From positions 1,106,262 to 1,170,261 of the forward strand of contig JBJCIZ010000744.1 in NCBI GenBank assembly GCA_051294375.1: a stretch of DNA of 64,000 nucleotides, read 5' to 3'. This stretch comes from Paraspadella gotoi. Lineage: Eukaryota; Animalia; Chaetognatha. The stretch's first letter is position 1; the number at the start of each line of letters is the position of its first letter. The notes beneath the pieces were generated by a model. That model searched no databases and was not told where the DNA came from. It saw nothing but the letters and a program-made list of their open reading frames with translations. A program made the position numbers and the translations under genes. Below are positions 1 through 12,469 of this stretch, piece by piece.

Positions 1-650
1 TCATCATCTTTTGATGATTTTATCAGTTTTTTTATATTTTCACTTAGAAAACGTAAGAATTTTTAAAAGCTGTAATTATATTTCTTGTTTAACTTTTTAT
101 GCTCTATCAGAATCCATCAAAAAATTTTAAGATTTTAAAAAAATATTTTTTGCTCTATATAGTAATATAATATTTTTAATTAGGCGAGTACCCTCAGAAG
201 AAAGCATTTTTGACAAAAAATATTTTAATACCATAATCTATGGTCATGATAGATTATTTTTACGCTGTATCCATTAGCATTTAAATTTCATCGGCTATGG
301 CTACTAATAATTTAGCAAAAAATGAAGACGATTTCATGGCGATGAGATGAAAATAGAACAGCGATGAATCAATAGCGACTGTGGGAGATTAAACAAACAA
401 AAAAAACAACCCAACATCAATAAACCAATTTCAACAACTCGCAACAAAAAATGACAATCGATAACGACTAAAAAGAGAACGACGAAGCAAGAGAGAAAAC
501 ATACAAAGTACAACTAGATCGAAATATGACACTGTGGCGAATCCTAAATTCGGCCTCCCGTAAAGCTTGGTGAAACTCAGCTCGTCCCATTGGCTTGGAC
601 AGCTAAGTACTCGTTCACCAACCGTGAGTTCCGGGTTCAATCCCCTCACG

Positions 651-731
651 CTGGTTAAAGTGTGATGGTGTCGGCATAAAAACGCCAGTGACATGGGGTG
701 GTCAGTGCAGGTCCAAAGCCCTGAGCACCAG
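651..731 (+). ncRNA. Twister ribozyme, P5-type (family A, LTR1)
   Basis: P5 CTGGT/ACCAG; GTGT-GA-TGG...TAA-AAAC-GC (one P2 mismatch); P3 CAGTGAC/GTCAGTG; P4 CAGG/CCTG; L4 TCCA-AA-GC. Predicted cleavage at 677/678. Confidence 0.75.
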
Positions 732-1090
732 ATGTCGAGAGATGCCTCACACCCCAGGCATCGCATGTCCCCCGTTGCCATAAGTGGTGAGCCTTACTAT
801 CAAACACGCAACCGCTGCGTACCGTCGCTCACGTCGTTGCTTAAGGGTGTGCATCCTACTCCTATGCCCTAATCCTCACTCACTCTCTCACTGTGGCAAT
901 GAGTCCATCTACTCTCAAGACAGTCACTCTGGGCTTGACCCCAGTGTGCTGTCTTGGGGTGGGCATGTGTGGCAAATCCTAAATTCGCCTCCCGTATAGC
1001 TTGATGAAATTCAGCTCGTCCCATTGGCTTGGACAGCTAAGTACTCATTCACCAACCATGAGTTCCGGGTTCAATCCCCTCACGGTCACG

Positions 1091-1171
1091 CTGGTTAAAG
1101 TGTGATGGTGTCGGCATAAACACGCCAGTGACATGGGATGGTCCCTGCAGGTCCAAAGCCCTGAGCGCCAG
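1091..1171 (+). ncRNA. Twister ribozyme, P5-type (family A, LTR2)
   Basis: P5 CTGGT/GCCAG; P2 GTGT/ACAC perfect; GA-TGG pairs with L4 CCA; TAA; GC/GC pseudoknot; P4 CAGG/CCTG. Predicted cleavage at 1117/1118. Confidence 0.8.
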
Positions 1172-1243
1172 CTGTCGGGAGATGCCTCACACCCCAGGTA
1201 TAACAAATGTCCCCCCTATCAAATAACTCTCTCTCCTTCTAAC

Positions 1244-4200
1244 CTTCCGTCTCCATTCTTTCGGTCCCTCGTCGTTGAAATCCTCTTCCGCCCGAACGAT
1301 CGAAGTTCTGCTCGAGTTTTATCGAGTCGATCACTCGACCGCAGCCGCCGCCGCCGCTGCCGCCGCCGCCGCCGCGGTCGTCGTCGTCCACGTCGCCCGA
1401 GGAGTAGGCGGAACCGCGGAGGCCGCGACGGGCGGCGGCGCTGAGCGGGTTGCGGCCAGATCCCCTGTCGTCGATATCGTTCGGACCGTCGAAGCCTGTG
1501 AGGGGGGGGGGAGGGCAAAATTAATTGATAAGCCTCTTATTTTCTTATTTTATATTACTCACCGTGTAGTTCTATTGTATCGCCGGCGTTGATGGGTCCC
1601 GCGCTAAACCACTCCGGCTCAGTTTCGGAAGGTTTGAACCTGAGAAAAAAGGGGTAAATGAGTATTAATTAACAACATTAAATACCTTCAAAGCAATAGC
1701 ATAACAATTTAATTATACTCATTCGGAATACGGCAATATGAAAATTAGATTTAAGGTAATACCTTCTTCTATCGTGATGTCGTCCTCCGCCGCCTTCATT
1801 CCGACCTCGACGATGATCGTCCCTCTGATCCCGCATTCCGTCTCTGTCTCGCTCTCTGTCCCGTTCCCTCTCTCTCTCCCTCTCGTCTCTCTCCCTGTTC
1901 GAGAGGCTCCTAGAAAGCGGCGGCGGAGGCGAAGGAGCCTCGCCACGAAACCCGTTGTTACTATGCATATCCCGTCGATCGTCCATCCGCCTTCCTCCGT
2001 CTCTCTCTCTATCTCTCTCCCTGTCTCGATCTCTATCCTTTCGATCGTCCCTACGATCGAACCTTCCCCCGCCGTCTCTTCGATCCCCAGACGGCGAGGG
2101 ATCTCCGTTCCCTCGATCGAGAAAAGCCGAAGTCGGTCCTCGACCGAAGTCCCTCCCACCTCCGCCTCGAAGATCGGCAAAGTCTCGATGGAACGGCTCC
2201 TTTCCGGCGCCTCCGTTTCCGGCGCGGTCGGCGTCTCGGTCTCGGCGTTGCCGCTCGTTGCGTAATTCTCTCAATTCTCGGGGACCCACGCCGCGGTCCA
2301 TCCTTTCTCCTCTGTCCCCTCTCTCTCCCCTCCCGTTCCTCTCTCCCCTCCCGTCCCTCCTCCCTTCCTCCATCAACCCTCTCCTCGGCGGCGGCTCCTC
2401 CTCTCCTCCTCCTTCTCTCTCTCCTCTTCCTCTTCCTCCTCTTTTTCCTCTCCTCTCTCCTCCTCGAGCGGGCGGCGTCTCTCCGCGCGAATCCGGCGAG
2501 GAGGCGCCGCCGCGCTGTTGTTGCTGTTGCTGCTGACGGCGCCCTTCGGCCTTGCTGTTGCTGGAGGAAGAAGAGCCTGGGTCGTTGTTGCCGTTGTTAT
2601 TGGTTCGTCGACGTTTGTCTTCGGCTTCGGAGGCGCCGCTCGAGGCTGTGGCTTGACCCTTGGGAGATTTGGGGAAGAGGACTCGAATTTCTTTTTAAGA
2701 ATCTGAACCTGATAACTTATCTCATATGTTACTCATTTAGTAAATAAAACATTGGTTCATATTCTAGTTAATTTGAAATGATTAGGTTTACGACCATATT
2801 AAAAATGGGAGAAAACTAACGCCCATCGAACCATCGACTCGCCTCCATCGAACTAAGGCCCATCAAAACCATTGACTCACCTCCCATCAACTAAGGCCCC
2901 ATCAAACCATTGACTCACCTCCATCACCTAAGCCCTCAACCTTGACTCATCCATCAACTAAGGCCCATCAAACCATTGACTCGCCTCCATCGAACTAAGC
3001 CATCAAAACCATTGACTCACCTCCATCGAACTAAGTCCCATCGAAACCATCGACTCACCTCCATCGAACTAAGCGCCCATCAAAAACCATCGACTCACCT
3101 CCATCGAACTAAGGCCCAATCAAACCATTGGACTCACCTCCATCGAATAAGCCCATCGAACCATCGACTCACCTCCATCGAACTAAGGCCATCAAACCAT
3201 CGACTCACCTCCATCGAACTAAGGCCCATCAAACCATTGACTCACCTCCATCGAATTAAGGCCCATCAAACCATCGACTCACCTCCATCGAACTAATGCC
3301 CATAAACCATTGACTCACCTCCATCAACTAAGGCCCATCAAACCATTGACTCAGCCTCCATCGAAACATAAGGCCCATCAAACCATTGACTCACCTCCAT
3401 CAACTAGCCATCGAACCATCGACTCACCTCCATCGAACTAAGGCCCATCAAACCATTGACTCACCTCCATCGAACTAAGGCCCATCAAACCATTGACTCA
3501 CCTCCATCAAACTAAGGCCCATCGAACCATCGACTCACCTCCATCGAACTAAGGCCCATCAAACCATTGACTCACCTCCATCGAACTAAGTCCCATCGAA
3601 CCATCGACTCACCTCTATCGAACTAAGGCCCATCAAACCATTGACTTCACCTCCATCGAACTAAGGCCCATCAAACCATTGACTCACCTCCATCGAACTA
3701 AGGCCCATCGAACCATCGACTCACCTCCATCGAACTAAGGCCCATCAAACCATTGACTCACCTCCATCGAATTAAGGCCCATCAAACCATTGACTCACCT
3801 CCATCGATTAAGGCCCATCAAACCATGACTCACCTCCATCGAACTAAGGCCCATCAAACCATTGACTCACCTCCATCGAACTAAGGCCCATCAACCATTG
3901 ACTCACCTCCATCGAACTAAGGCCCATCGAACCATTGACTCACCTCCATCGAACTAAGGCCCATCGAACCATCGACTCACCTCCATCGAACTAAGGCCCA
4001 TCAAACCATTGACTCACCTCCATCGAACTAAGGCCCATCAAACCATTGACTCACCTCCATCGAACTAAGGCCCATCAAACATTGACTCACCTCCATCGAA
4101 CTAAGGCCCATCAAACCATTGATCACCTCCATCGAAACTAAGGCCCATCGAACCATTGACTCACCTCCATCGAACTAAGGCCCATCGAACCATTGACTCA

Positions 4201-7200
4201 CCTCCATCGAACTCGTCTCGCTGTCGTCGGTGAGGCCTGATTTGGTGATGGCGTGACAACCTTGACCGAAGCTGCGGCGTTGAGGACTCAGCACCACGTC
4301 CGAATCTGAGGAGTGGGGGGTGGGGGGGTAAAAAGGTGAGTAATAATAAAGGCAAGGTCAAAGGTTACAATCCTTCGATTTAATTTACATATCAAAGTTG
4401 CTCAGTTGGATCGTTAAAATACATTAACATTCCACACATTTGCCTACAATACATGTCATGTCATGACGTAATCAAATAACTTTTTTAATTTTGTAATATG
4501 TTTAATAAATTCAAAACGAATAAAACAAAAACCTCTCGCTCTCTTCGTCACTCCCCAAATCTTTTTCAATCAATTACTTCTAATATCTATTCATGGAATT
4601 GAGGCGGCGAAACTAATACTAATTATTTATTTAGTATTTACCAATTTTCTGAATGTCACTAAACTTGGCCCAAAACTGCCTTCTTCCTCCTTCTCCCTTT
4701 AAACTCACCCGTCGCCTTGACTCTCTCTTTAGGATCCAAAGCTTTCCTCTTCGTCGTCGTCGCCCCCATCTCCCTCTCCAACTCCATCGCGTCGCTGACG
4801 AGGCCACGCCCTCTCACGTCTCTTCTCTCCATCAATCCGTCGGCGTTGCGAAAATCCTTCGGGGAGTCACGGTCGGGCCCGTCGGCACCGCCGCCGCCGC
4901 CGCCGCCGCGACGCAGCGAAGGACCGTCGGAGCCGCGTCCGCCGCCGCCGTCGGGGTCGCCGCCGCCTCTAGACTCCCGGTGGTGATCGCGTGAATGGCG
5001 GTCGTCGTAAGAGTTGGAAGTCTGCAGAGGGTCATCCAGTCATTGGTAACACATTATTCGACATAATAAAATCCAATATGACGTAATTTATCATCGCAAA
5101 GAATTGATTATTGCCTCCATTGTCTTCTCCCCTCTTTTTTCTGATTGACCAATCAGAGAGGAGGCTTCCCTCAGCAAACTGACGGCGGGAAAACAAAAGA
5201 GGGAACGTGATCACTTTTCAACTTACCTTCAAGAAACCAACATCAAACTCCTTATGCACGACTCGTTAGTTGTTATATTGTTTATTACCTGCCTATTCTC
5301 TGCATAATCTACCTAATTTTCATGTCTATTATCATCACCCAAACGACCCAACGTGTTCTTATGCCAATAAAACTCCTCCCATTTCTCATGTCTAATTTCC
5401 TTCGATGTGGTGGAAGTAGTGAGATTCGAACCCACGCCCGTTTCTCTTAAACCTCCGGGTATCAAAAAGGAGAAATAAAAAACACCGGACCTTTTTAAAA
5501 CTTTCTAAAAAGGGTCCTAAACCTTAGGTCTTCTGGAAAGTGCGAAGAAAATTCGAACCAATAACTCCCGAACCTTTTTCAAAAGCTGCCAACGAATCCC
5601 TAATAACCTTTAAAAATTTATCATTAACTCCCGAACCTTTTCGAAATTTTTCATGAGGCTCATACAGTGACCACGAAACCTTATAACCATTTAAAAATTC
5701 CCCCCTAAGCCCGGCCTACCTTTTCGAAAGTGCCCATAAACCATCGCTCCGGATCCCAAAAGTTCCCATCGTCGGTGAAATGATCGTCCGTGAGACAATC
5801 AGGAATCCGTTGCGCCATTGGTGCCTTGGCCAGTTCCATCAGCAACAATCTGCAAATAAAAAAAAGGAGAATCGTTTTTCAGCAACAAAGATCGAAAACG
5901 AGGTTCAAAAATTACAAGTTCAAGCAAACGATGCCGAATCTGCCCACGATCATTACAGCGGTCAGTAGATGATGTTAGATTAAAAAAATCATAGGAGTTT
6001 TTTTATGTTTTTCATTTAAACTAATTTCCACTCAAACGATTCCATCGAAACTTGATTTCCAGCTCAATCACACACTTCTTTACCCAAACACAAAACACTT
6101 CAAGCGAATCGCTCAATCCACTCGTGAGTAATTGGCGTTTAAATCTAAGAAGGATATACAAACAGACAGACATACGGATTGACGGACAGAGAGACAAGAC
6201 TTTTTTTTTACATAATTTATTATAATTCGATGTTCCGACATAATCCAAGTGTTTTACCGGCAAGATTTTCGAACCGACGTGCCGACAAAGTGGGAGCAGG
6301 AATCTGCTGCAAGCGGATCCGGCTAAAAACTTACCTCGGGTAAACTTACCTATCGTACTGATGTCTCTCCTTCCTCCAAATCTCCCGCCTCTCTTCCTCC
6401 CTCCTCTCTTCCTCCTTCTCCTCGGCGCTCTTCCAAACTTCTTCCTCGGCGTCGTCCTCTTTCTCCACGACGACGCCGTCTCGCGTGGAAAAGACGCCCA
6501 CACGAAACACGTCGCCGGATACTCCGTTTCCTCCGGCGCCGCTTTCTCCGGCGGCCGGGGCGCTGTCGTCGAAAAAGTTGGTGCCGCCGGCGCCGCCGCC
6601 GTCGCCGCCGCCGCCGCCGGAAAAGTCGCGACCTCTGACGACTTCGACTGAGGTGAAGAAATATACAAATAAAACTTCAAAAAAGTTAATTAAAGATTGC
6701 GAATAAGTTAATAATTTAAATGTTGCTGTCAATGATGGAATACGAAAAAAATATTTGGATTCAACTGCGGGGGAACGCAGTTTTTTTTTTAATACAATAA
6801 TTTATCTCGTATCTACCCTCGTTAATCTATTAACATTTCTTGTTTAAAAAATACTGTTCTCTTTTTTTAAGAAGACTTGGTAGCATTGTGTATGGTTTGT
6901 TAATGTTTGTACTGTATAAACCATGCTAGATTCGTATAAAATCCTATATATTGATAAATTAAATAATTCATATAAGCCCACCTCCTTTAAAGACGTCAAC
7001 GGTGCTGCCATCTAGAATACCAACACCGCCGCCGCCGAAGACTCCGCCCTCATTTACGCCGCCGCCGCCGCTTCCGCCGCCGTCTTCTGGACCTCGATCG
7101 GAGTCAGAGCCGTTATTCAACGAGGGGCGGGGGGAGTCGGACGGCGTCGGGGAGGCTGAGAGAGAAGAGAGAGAGAGAGAGAGATAATGAGGTAAAAAGT

Positions 7201-7700
7201 CGACAAAATGGCGGAATGTATAAACTAATAAAGATTGGAGTCCATTTTGATGAAGGAAATTAGTTAATACTACTGAAGAAAATAAACAATTAATTATCAA
7301 CATTGATTCAACAGCCTTAAAAGTTATGTCCAAAATAAGGTCCTTAATAATAAATTACTAGTCGAGCTTACCTTCATTTACATAATTTGGTTCCTTGGGC
7401 TTCGAGCACGATTCTTTGTCCCCAACGGGAACGTCCTCGTACCTAAAGCCACGAATAAAATCTTGTTTAATGTTATATAACATTAATAATTATATAACAT
7501 TATCTAACAAACATGTAAAATCGTTGTAACAAAAAAATTACATAATCATCGGTGATCAATTAATTATTAAATTAAATTAAGATTAAATTAAATTAAGATA
7601 TGGGTTACCATGTGAGCGGCGTCTCGGCCTTAGGAACGGCGAGGGGAGAATCCTCGCCGGTCGACGCGTAGGCGACGACGGAGTTCGAAGAACCCGACAT
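1244..7700 (-). CDS. EIF4ENIF1: eIF4E-transporter (4E-T) homologue, multi-exon, 3' part probably beyond the window start
   Basis: Spliced exons give the eIF4E-binding YxxxxLphi motif (QYDR|LLLMEL), then WDPERW, LDPKERVK|DSDVVLSPQRRSFGQGC and the Cup-homology motif EPEWFSAGP...DTIELH|GFD. Approximate exons: 7700-7609, 7442-7371, ~7156-6982, ~6647-6350, ~5869-5740, ~5022-4710, 4305-4202, 2658-1763, ~1640-1564, ~1495-1244. Confidence 0.9.
2820..4213. repeat. 37-bp minisatellite (~37 units) that duplicates a 4E-T exon end and its 5' splice site
   Basis: Unit CCATCAAACCATTGACTCACCTCCATCGAACTAAGGC. On the minus strand it reads ...CCTTAG TTCGATGGAG|GTGAGT... Confidence 0.95.
5408..5440 (-). pseudogene. 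3' fragment of a tRNA (Leu-like T-arm, acceptor strand and encoded CCA)
   Basis: Minus strand reads CGGGCGTGGGTTCGAATCTCACTACTTCCACCA. No 5' half of a tRNA is present upstream. Confidence 0.55.
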
Positions 7701-10112
7701 GGAGGGAAAGCCGAGGCGCTGCAGAGGAAGAGCGAGGGGGGGCGGGTAAGCATTAAGCAAGCGGTTGAGTTAATGGATCGAACAAGCGATCCCGTAGTTG
7801 AGAGAAAATCTTCATTATGGAGAAGCAAATGTCCGGGTGAGTTTGGAGGGAGAGAGAGAGAGTGAGAGTCTAAACAAACATTTACATGAACAAGGAAAGA
7901 AAACTTACCAGTTCCCCGCGCGGCCGAGGTGGTTAGCCGAAAGAAGCCGCCCTCACCCAAAAAACTGGGCACCCAGCGATGTGCCAGAGAGACGGCCTTC
8001 ACGGGGGCAAGTTTCGCGCCCCGAGAGGCAGGGAGGAATCCCAAAGGACCTCGAATGGGAACCCGATATTCCGCGCGAAGAAACCCTTTCTCGGTGCAGA
8101 TGAATTTTTTTTTTTTTCAAAGACCAAATCTTGATTTCTATTTATTTTTAAATTGGTTAAATTTTAGTGAAAATTTGTGTGTGTGTGTATTTTGCGTTTA
8201 TTTATTTAAAATGTTTTTGTGCGACGGAATTTTATTAGCGTCGTTTATTGATTCCGAAATCAAGCGAGAGATAGAGAGCATAACTTTTTATTTTGTTTAC
8301 ACGAAAGTCTGTGTATTTGTGAGTTTTTTTTGTGTATGTATATATCACAGGCAGGTAGCTTTGTTTTATATAAAGGTTTAATAATAGTCAACAAGAAGGT
8401 TACGTGTGTTTTTTTATTTGTTAAAAAGAGATCCGATTGTACGGACAAAAAAAAACGAAATTTGAACAAAGTCTCTTCAATAAAAGGAAGAGAGAGATAG
8501 ATGATTGCAGAGTTTACTGTACAAACGAAAGAAACAAAGTTTGTTTTTTTGTTTTTTTTTTAATTAAACGTGTATCTACAGAAGAGTCGGCTTCATTTTT
8601 TTCTCGTGAGTTGATTTTTTTTTCCGTATTTACAAGCGAGTCGAGAGATAGAGCAGACGAAAAAAAAATAGAGAGAGAGAGTGTACCGCGTGTCGTCGTC
8701 GTCCTCGTCTTCGTCTCTCGAGTTTGTGTGTGTGTGTGTGTGAGCTAGAGAGAGCGAGAGGGCGAGAGAGTCTTCCCTTCTGCTCTTGAGTATCATCGGT
8801 GGAGGAAAAAAAAAAGGAATAAAATGGCGAAGACAAAATGACAAGAAAATTATTTATTTTTTTTGCTTTGGAGCAAAAAAATGTAAAAAAAAAAATAAAT
8901 AAAAATAAAAAGGACAAATTAACTGGCGTCTGTTGTTGTTGTTGTAGTCGGTCGCGAGTCGTAAATCGAGCGAAAGAGTTAATTTAGTTTTTTTGGGGGA
9001 AAAGTTTGTTTTATTTTTTCATAAAAGTCATAAACTGGAAAAAGTTTTATTCATTTTCGTTAAAAGGTTTTTTTTTTTAATTTTTTTTCAAAAATGGCGC
9101 CAGTGACGAGAAAGAAAGAGAGAGAGACACAAAAACAGATTTAACAATTTGATTGGTTTGAGTTATTTTTTTGTTTTAATTAAAAGCGAAATAAAAAAAG
9201 GTTCGATGGTACAAAACAGCCTTAGGGGTTTTTTTTTCGCTTTTGCACGGGTGGCGGGAGAGAAGCTGCTGAAAAGAGACAATTATGTTATTAAAAATAT
9301 TAATTAATTAAAAATTAAAAAAAAATACTGAATCGAATCAATAATTAACGATTTTAAAGGAAAAAGAAGGCAAAGAAGATTAGTTTAAAATAAAAAAAAA
9401 TAAAAGAACCAAAATAGGTTCGGTAGTACAGTAAGTCAACTTCTAAACAAAAGCGTTAAAGGTAGACTAGGAGGCTTGTAAATATATTTTTTTTTTATTG
9501 TAAACGATTGGGTACAATGAAGAACGGCAACTGTAAATCTCGTGTTTTCAAGTTCAAATAAAAAGAGTGAACAAATAAAAAAATATTTTTTATACAATCC
9601 CTTCCCAACTTGTATAATATTTTAAACCAATAGGCCTAAAAAAAATTTAAATATATATAACTATCGGTTTACGAGAATTAATCCGAAAGCGGGAGAGAGG
9701 AAATACAGGGTTTCTGATGAGACGAATCCATGAGAAAAACAGTTATAAACAAATAATATTGCGTTGTTAAGACGGATAAAAGTCACCTTAAAATCTCGGA
9801 AGGTAAAATAAAGCATTTCTTCGGTGGAAGCTAATCTAAAAGGTCATTTTTAATTAACAAGGGAATCAATTGTATAATGCTAATTAAGGCGCGAGTATTT
9901 CATAGGCAAATAGGTACAAAGAAGGTCAAATTTTGCATGGATAAGAAAAAATAGGGTAAATGTGATTCGGCGATCGGCATAGTGAAGCATCCCCACATTT
10001 CGGATTTAAAAACCACATATCTCAAATTCGAAAAACTATTGCCACGTTTTAGAAACTCAGGATGCGGAAAACTTCGCTGCTGCAAACCGCTATGCTGCAA
10101 ATCAGCAATTCG

Positions 10113-10901
10113 CTAATCGTATATCTCGATGCTGCAAGGCGCCATGTTGCAGGCGAAAGTTCCTTTTTGGCCGCAGACGCATCTCTTGCACATGTCGCGA
10201 TAAAAGACGGAACCTGAAAAGAAAAAAAAATTAAAAAATTGATCAAGATTTAAAAGGGAGCATCTCGTGCATACATTGAGTCTAAATATGACCAAATGTA
10301 ATGTCGAAAACTAAATCATCATTAAATCTGGTAAAAAAAAATAACTCTGAAATAATAAAACAAAACATTTGAGAAAGGCGAATCAAAAGGTACGAACAAT
10401 TATCCTAAGTGCTACAATATGCAAATTAGATTATTGAATTTGGAGAGGAACTAAAAGTCACAAGAGACAGAAATAATTCGAGTAAAAGTAAAGACTGACC
10501 CGGCAGGCACTGGGGACAGGCGTAGGTGGTGCAGGCGGCGCCGCTTTTGGTGCACATACAATCGTTACATCCGTCCTGACTGAAAACCTGATTTGATTTA
10601 CAAAATCGAATTATTAACTATTATTAATTAATAATTTTAAATATTATTAATTATTAACTATTTATATTTTGAATTAATAATCTTGTTGGAAGAGAAAAAA
10701 AAAAACCTCGCCGACGTGGACGTCCGATGGGCAGTAGATCGATCGCTGACGCGGCGTGAATCCCACGACGCACGACGCCAGCGACAGCATCAGTAACGGC
10801 AGAACAGGACGCAGCGACAGCAGCATCGGACGCTGTAGGGGCAGCGTTTGCGGCGTAGACGAGAAAGGCCGTCGCGTCCGGCCGGAGGCGAACATCTTCA
10901 T
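10113..10901 (-). CDS. Secreted pacifastin-like protease inhibitor precursor with two domains
   Basis: Three exons (10901-10707, ~10588-10501, ~10214-10113). Hydrophobic signal segment MLLSLRPVLPLLMLSLASCVVG, then C..CNDCMCTKSGAACTTYAC and CLPG..CKRCVCGQKGTFACNMAPC, matching the pacifastin six-Cys spacing. The start may be the ATG at 10826. Confidence 0.75.
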
Positions 10902-11829
10902 CTTCCTTTTTGATTTATTTGCTTTTTTTTCTACTTTTTTTTTTTTGCTCAAGACATGTGAGCAAAGATGAGGGTCGATATTCCCGCTTAATCCTTACAT
11001 CGCAAGCCGATGTCAGCAATTAAAAGGAAGCGATGGAAATTTTGGTGGATGAGTATCTGGACTTGGACGAGCTTCTTCGAACAGGACCAAACTTCCCAGT
11101 TTTTTTTTTTTTTTTCAAAACCTGATAGTGAATCGCTGTGATTTGTAAATGTAAATGTAAATGTAATCCTGCAAAAAATAAGGAAAACGATGAACATAAA
11201 AATAAAAATAAAAAGTGAGGAGGAAGCGGAATTGACGACGAAGGAAGGAAGGAAGGAAGGAAGGAAGGAAGGAAGGAAGGAAGGAAGGAAGAGATGAGGA
11301 GAGGGAGGAAGGGAAGGGAAGAGGGGAAGAAGGGAAGGAAGGAAGTAAAAAAAGGGAGAAATATAAAAAAGAGCGGAGATGAAAACCTTCGATTATTTCA
11401 CTCAAATAAAAGAGACCAAGTGAATTTCCCCCCCCCCCACAACCCCCGATAGAAAGAAATGATTTAATGATTAAATGCGATGGAAGGAATTCCGTGAGAG
11501 GAAACGTCACGTGATTTGCGTAAATGTGACTTGATAAACGGGTAAACCTAATCTTAAGAAGCCAGTGAGTAACCCAACTTCGGTGTGAAAACCAAGAGAC
11601 GTTTCCAATCAAATCGTATCAAACGCCATCAAATGCTATTTCGCATTTGTAAATCAAAATAAATCTGGAATTCAAAAAAAAAATCATTTCTTCACCCCCA
11701 CCTTTCTATCTCAACCCGAACTAAAATAAAAACGATTCTATCATGTGCAAGATACCAAACACTAGTATAAATATAAAACTACGTATTTAAACTAACAACT
11801 TCGTGAATACATTAAAACAAAAAGGAATG

Positions 11830-11935
<106 letters not shown>

Positions 11936-12092
11936 GAGACACGAAGAATAATATATTGGTTGTACCAAATTAAAAATTAAAAAAAAAAAAATAAAAATCG
12001 ATAACACGGGGCTGAATAAATAGTCTTGTTTTTGTTTAAAAAAAAAAAAAGAAAACAAATAGATTTTGTTCGATAATAAAAATTGGAATAAT

Positions 12093-12125
<33 letters not shown>

Positions 12126-12126
12126 T

Positions 12127-12431
12127 TCATTTTCCGTTTTCCTTTTCTTCTTCCTTCGGTGGATCAACGATTTCAACTGCGGCCGAAGTCGTCGTCGTCG
12201 TCGTCGTCGTCGTCGCGGCGCCGACTTTATTCCCCGACGATTTGACGCCGCCTCCACCCGACGGCGTCTCCGACTTGGATTCCTTGGGCTTTGACGCCGC
12301 TCCGCCGCCGTTCTTTGGGCCACGCCCCATTTCGACGACGGCGGCGCCGTTGGCTTTGACGGCGCCGGTGCCATCTTTGCCCTCGTCGATCGCGTTGTCC
12401 GTCGCCGTCCGAAGGAGAATCTTTGGCGCGC

Positions 12432-12469
<38 letters not shown>

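Larger units (their letters stand above)
533..1216 (+). mobile_element. TRIM-like non-autonomous LTR element (family A): two ~250-bp LTRs, each with a tRNA-like head and a twister ribozyme fold
   Basis: Direct repeats 533-782 (TGTGGCG...GTTGCCATA) and 968-~1216 (3' terminus missing) flank a 185-bp internal region. PBS-like TGGTGAGCC starts at 785, 2 nt after LTR1. G-rich TTGGGGTGGGCATG lies just before LTR2. No TSD can be verified because the LTR2 end is lost. Confidence 0.75.

Noticed and set aside
1678-2376. RD/RE-rich ORF suggestive of an SR-type splicing factor such as Acinus or U1-70K
   Set aside because: It splices in frame between diagnostic 4E-T motifs, so it is a low-complexity exon of 4E-T.
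2820-4213. CRISPR-like array of 37-bp repeats, and ORF 2976-3296
   Set aside because: There are no unique spacers and no cas genes, and it is a eukaryotic intron. The ORF only translates the repeat.
9714-9745. CTGATGAG as a possible hammerhead core (also at 54584)
   Set aside because: I found no supporting helices with a properly placed GAAA. The 54584 instance is just the reverse of a splice acceptor.
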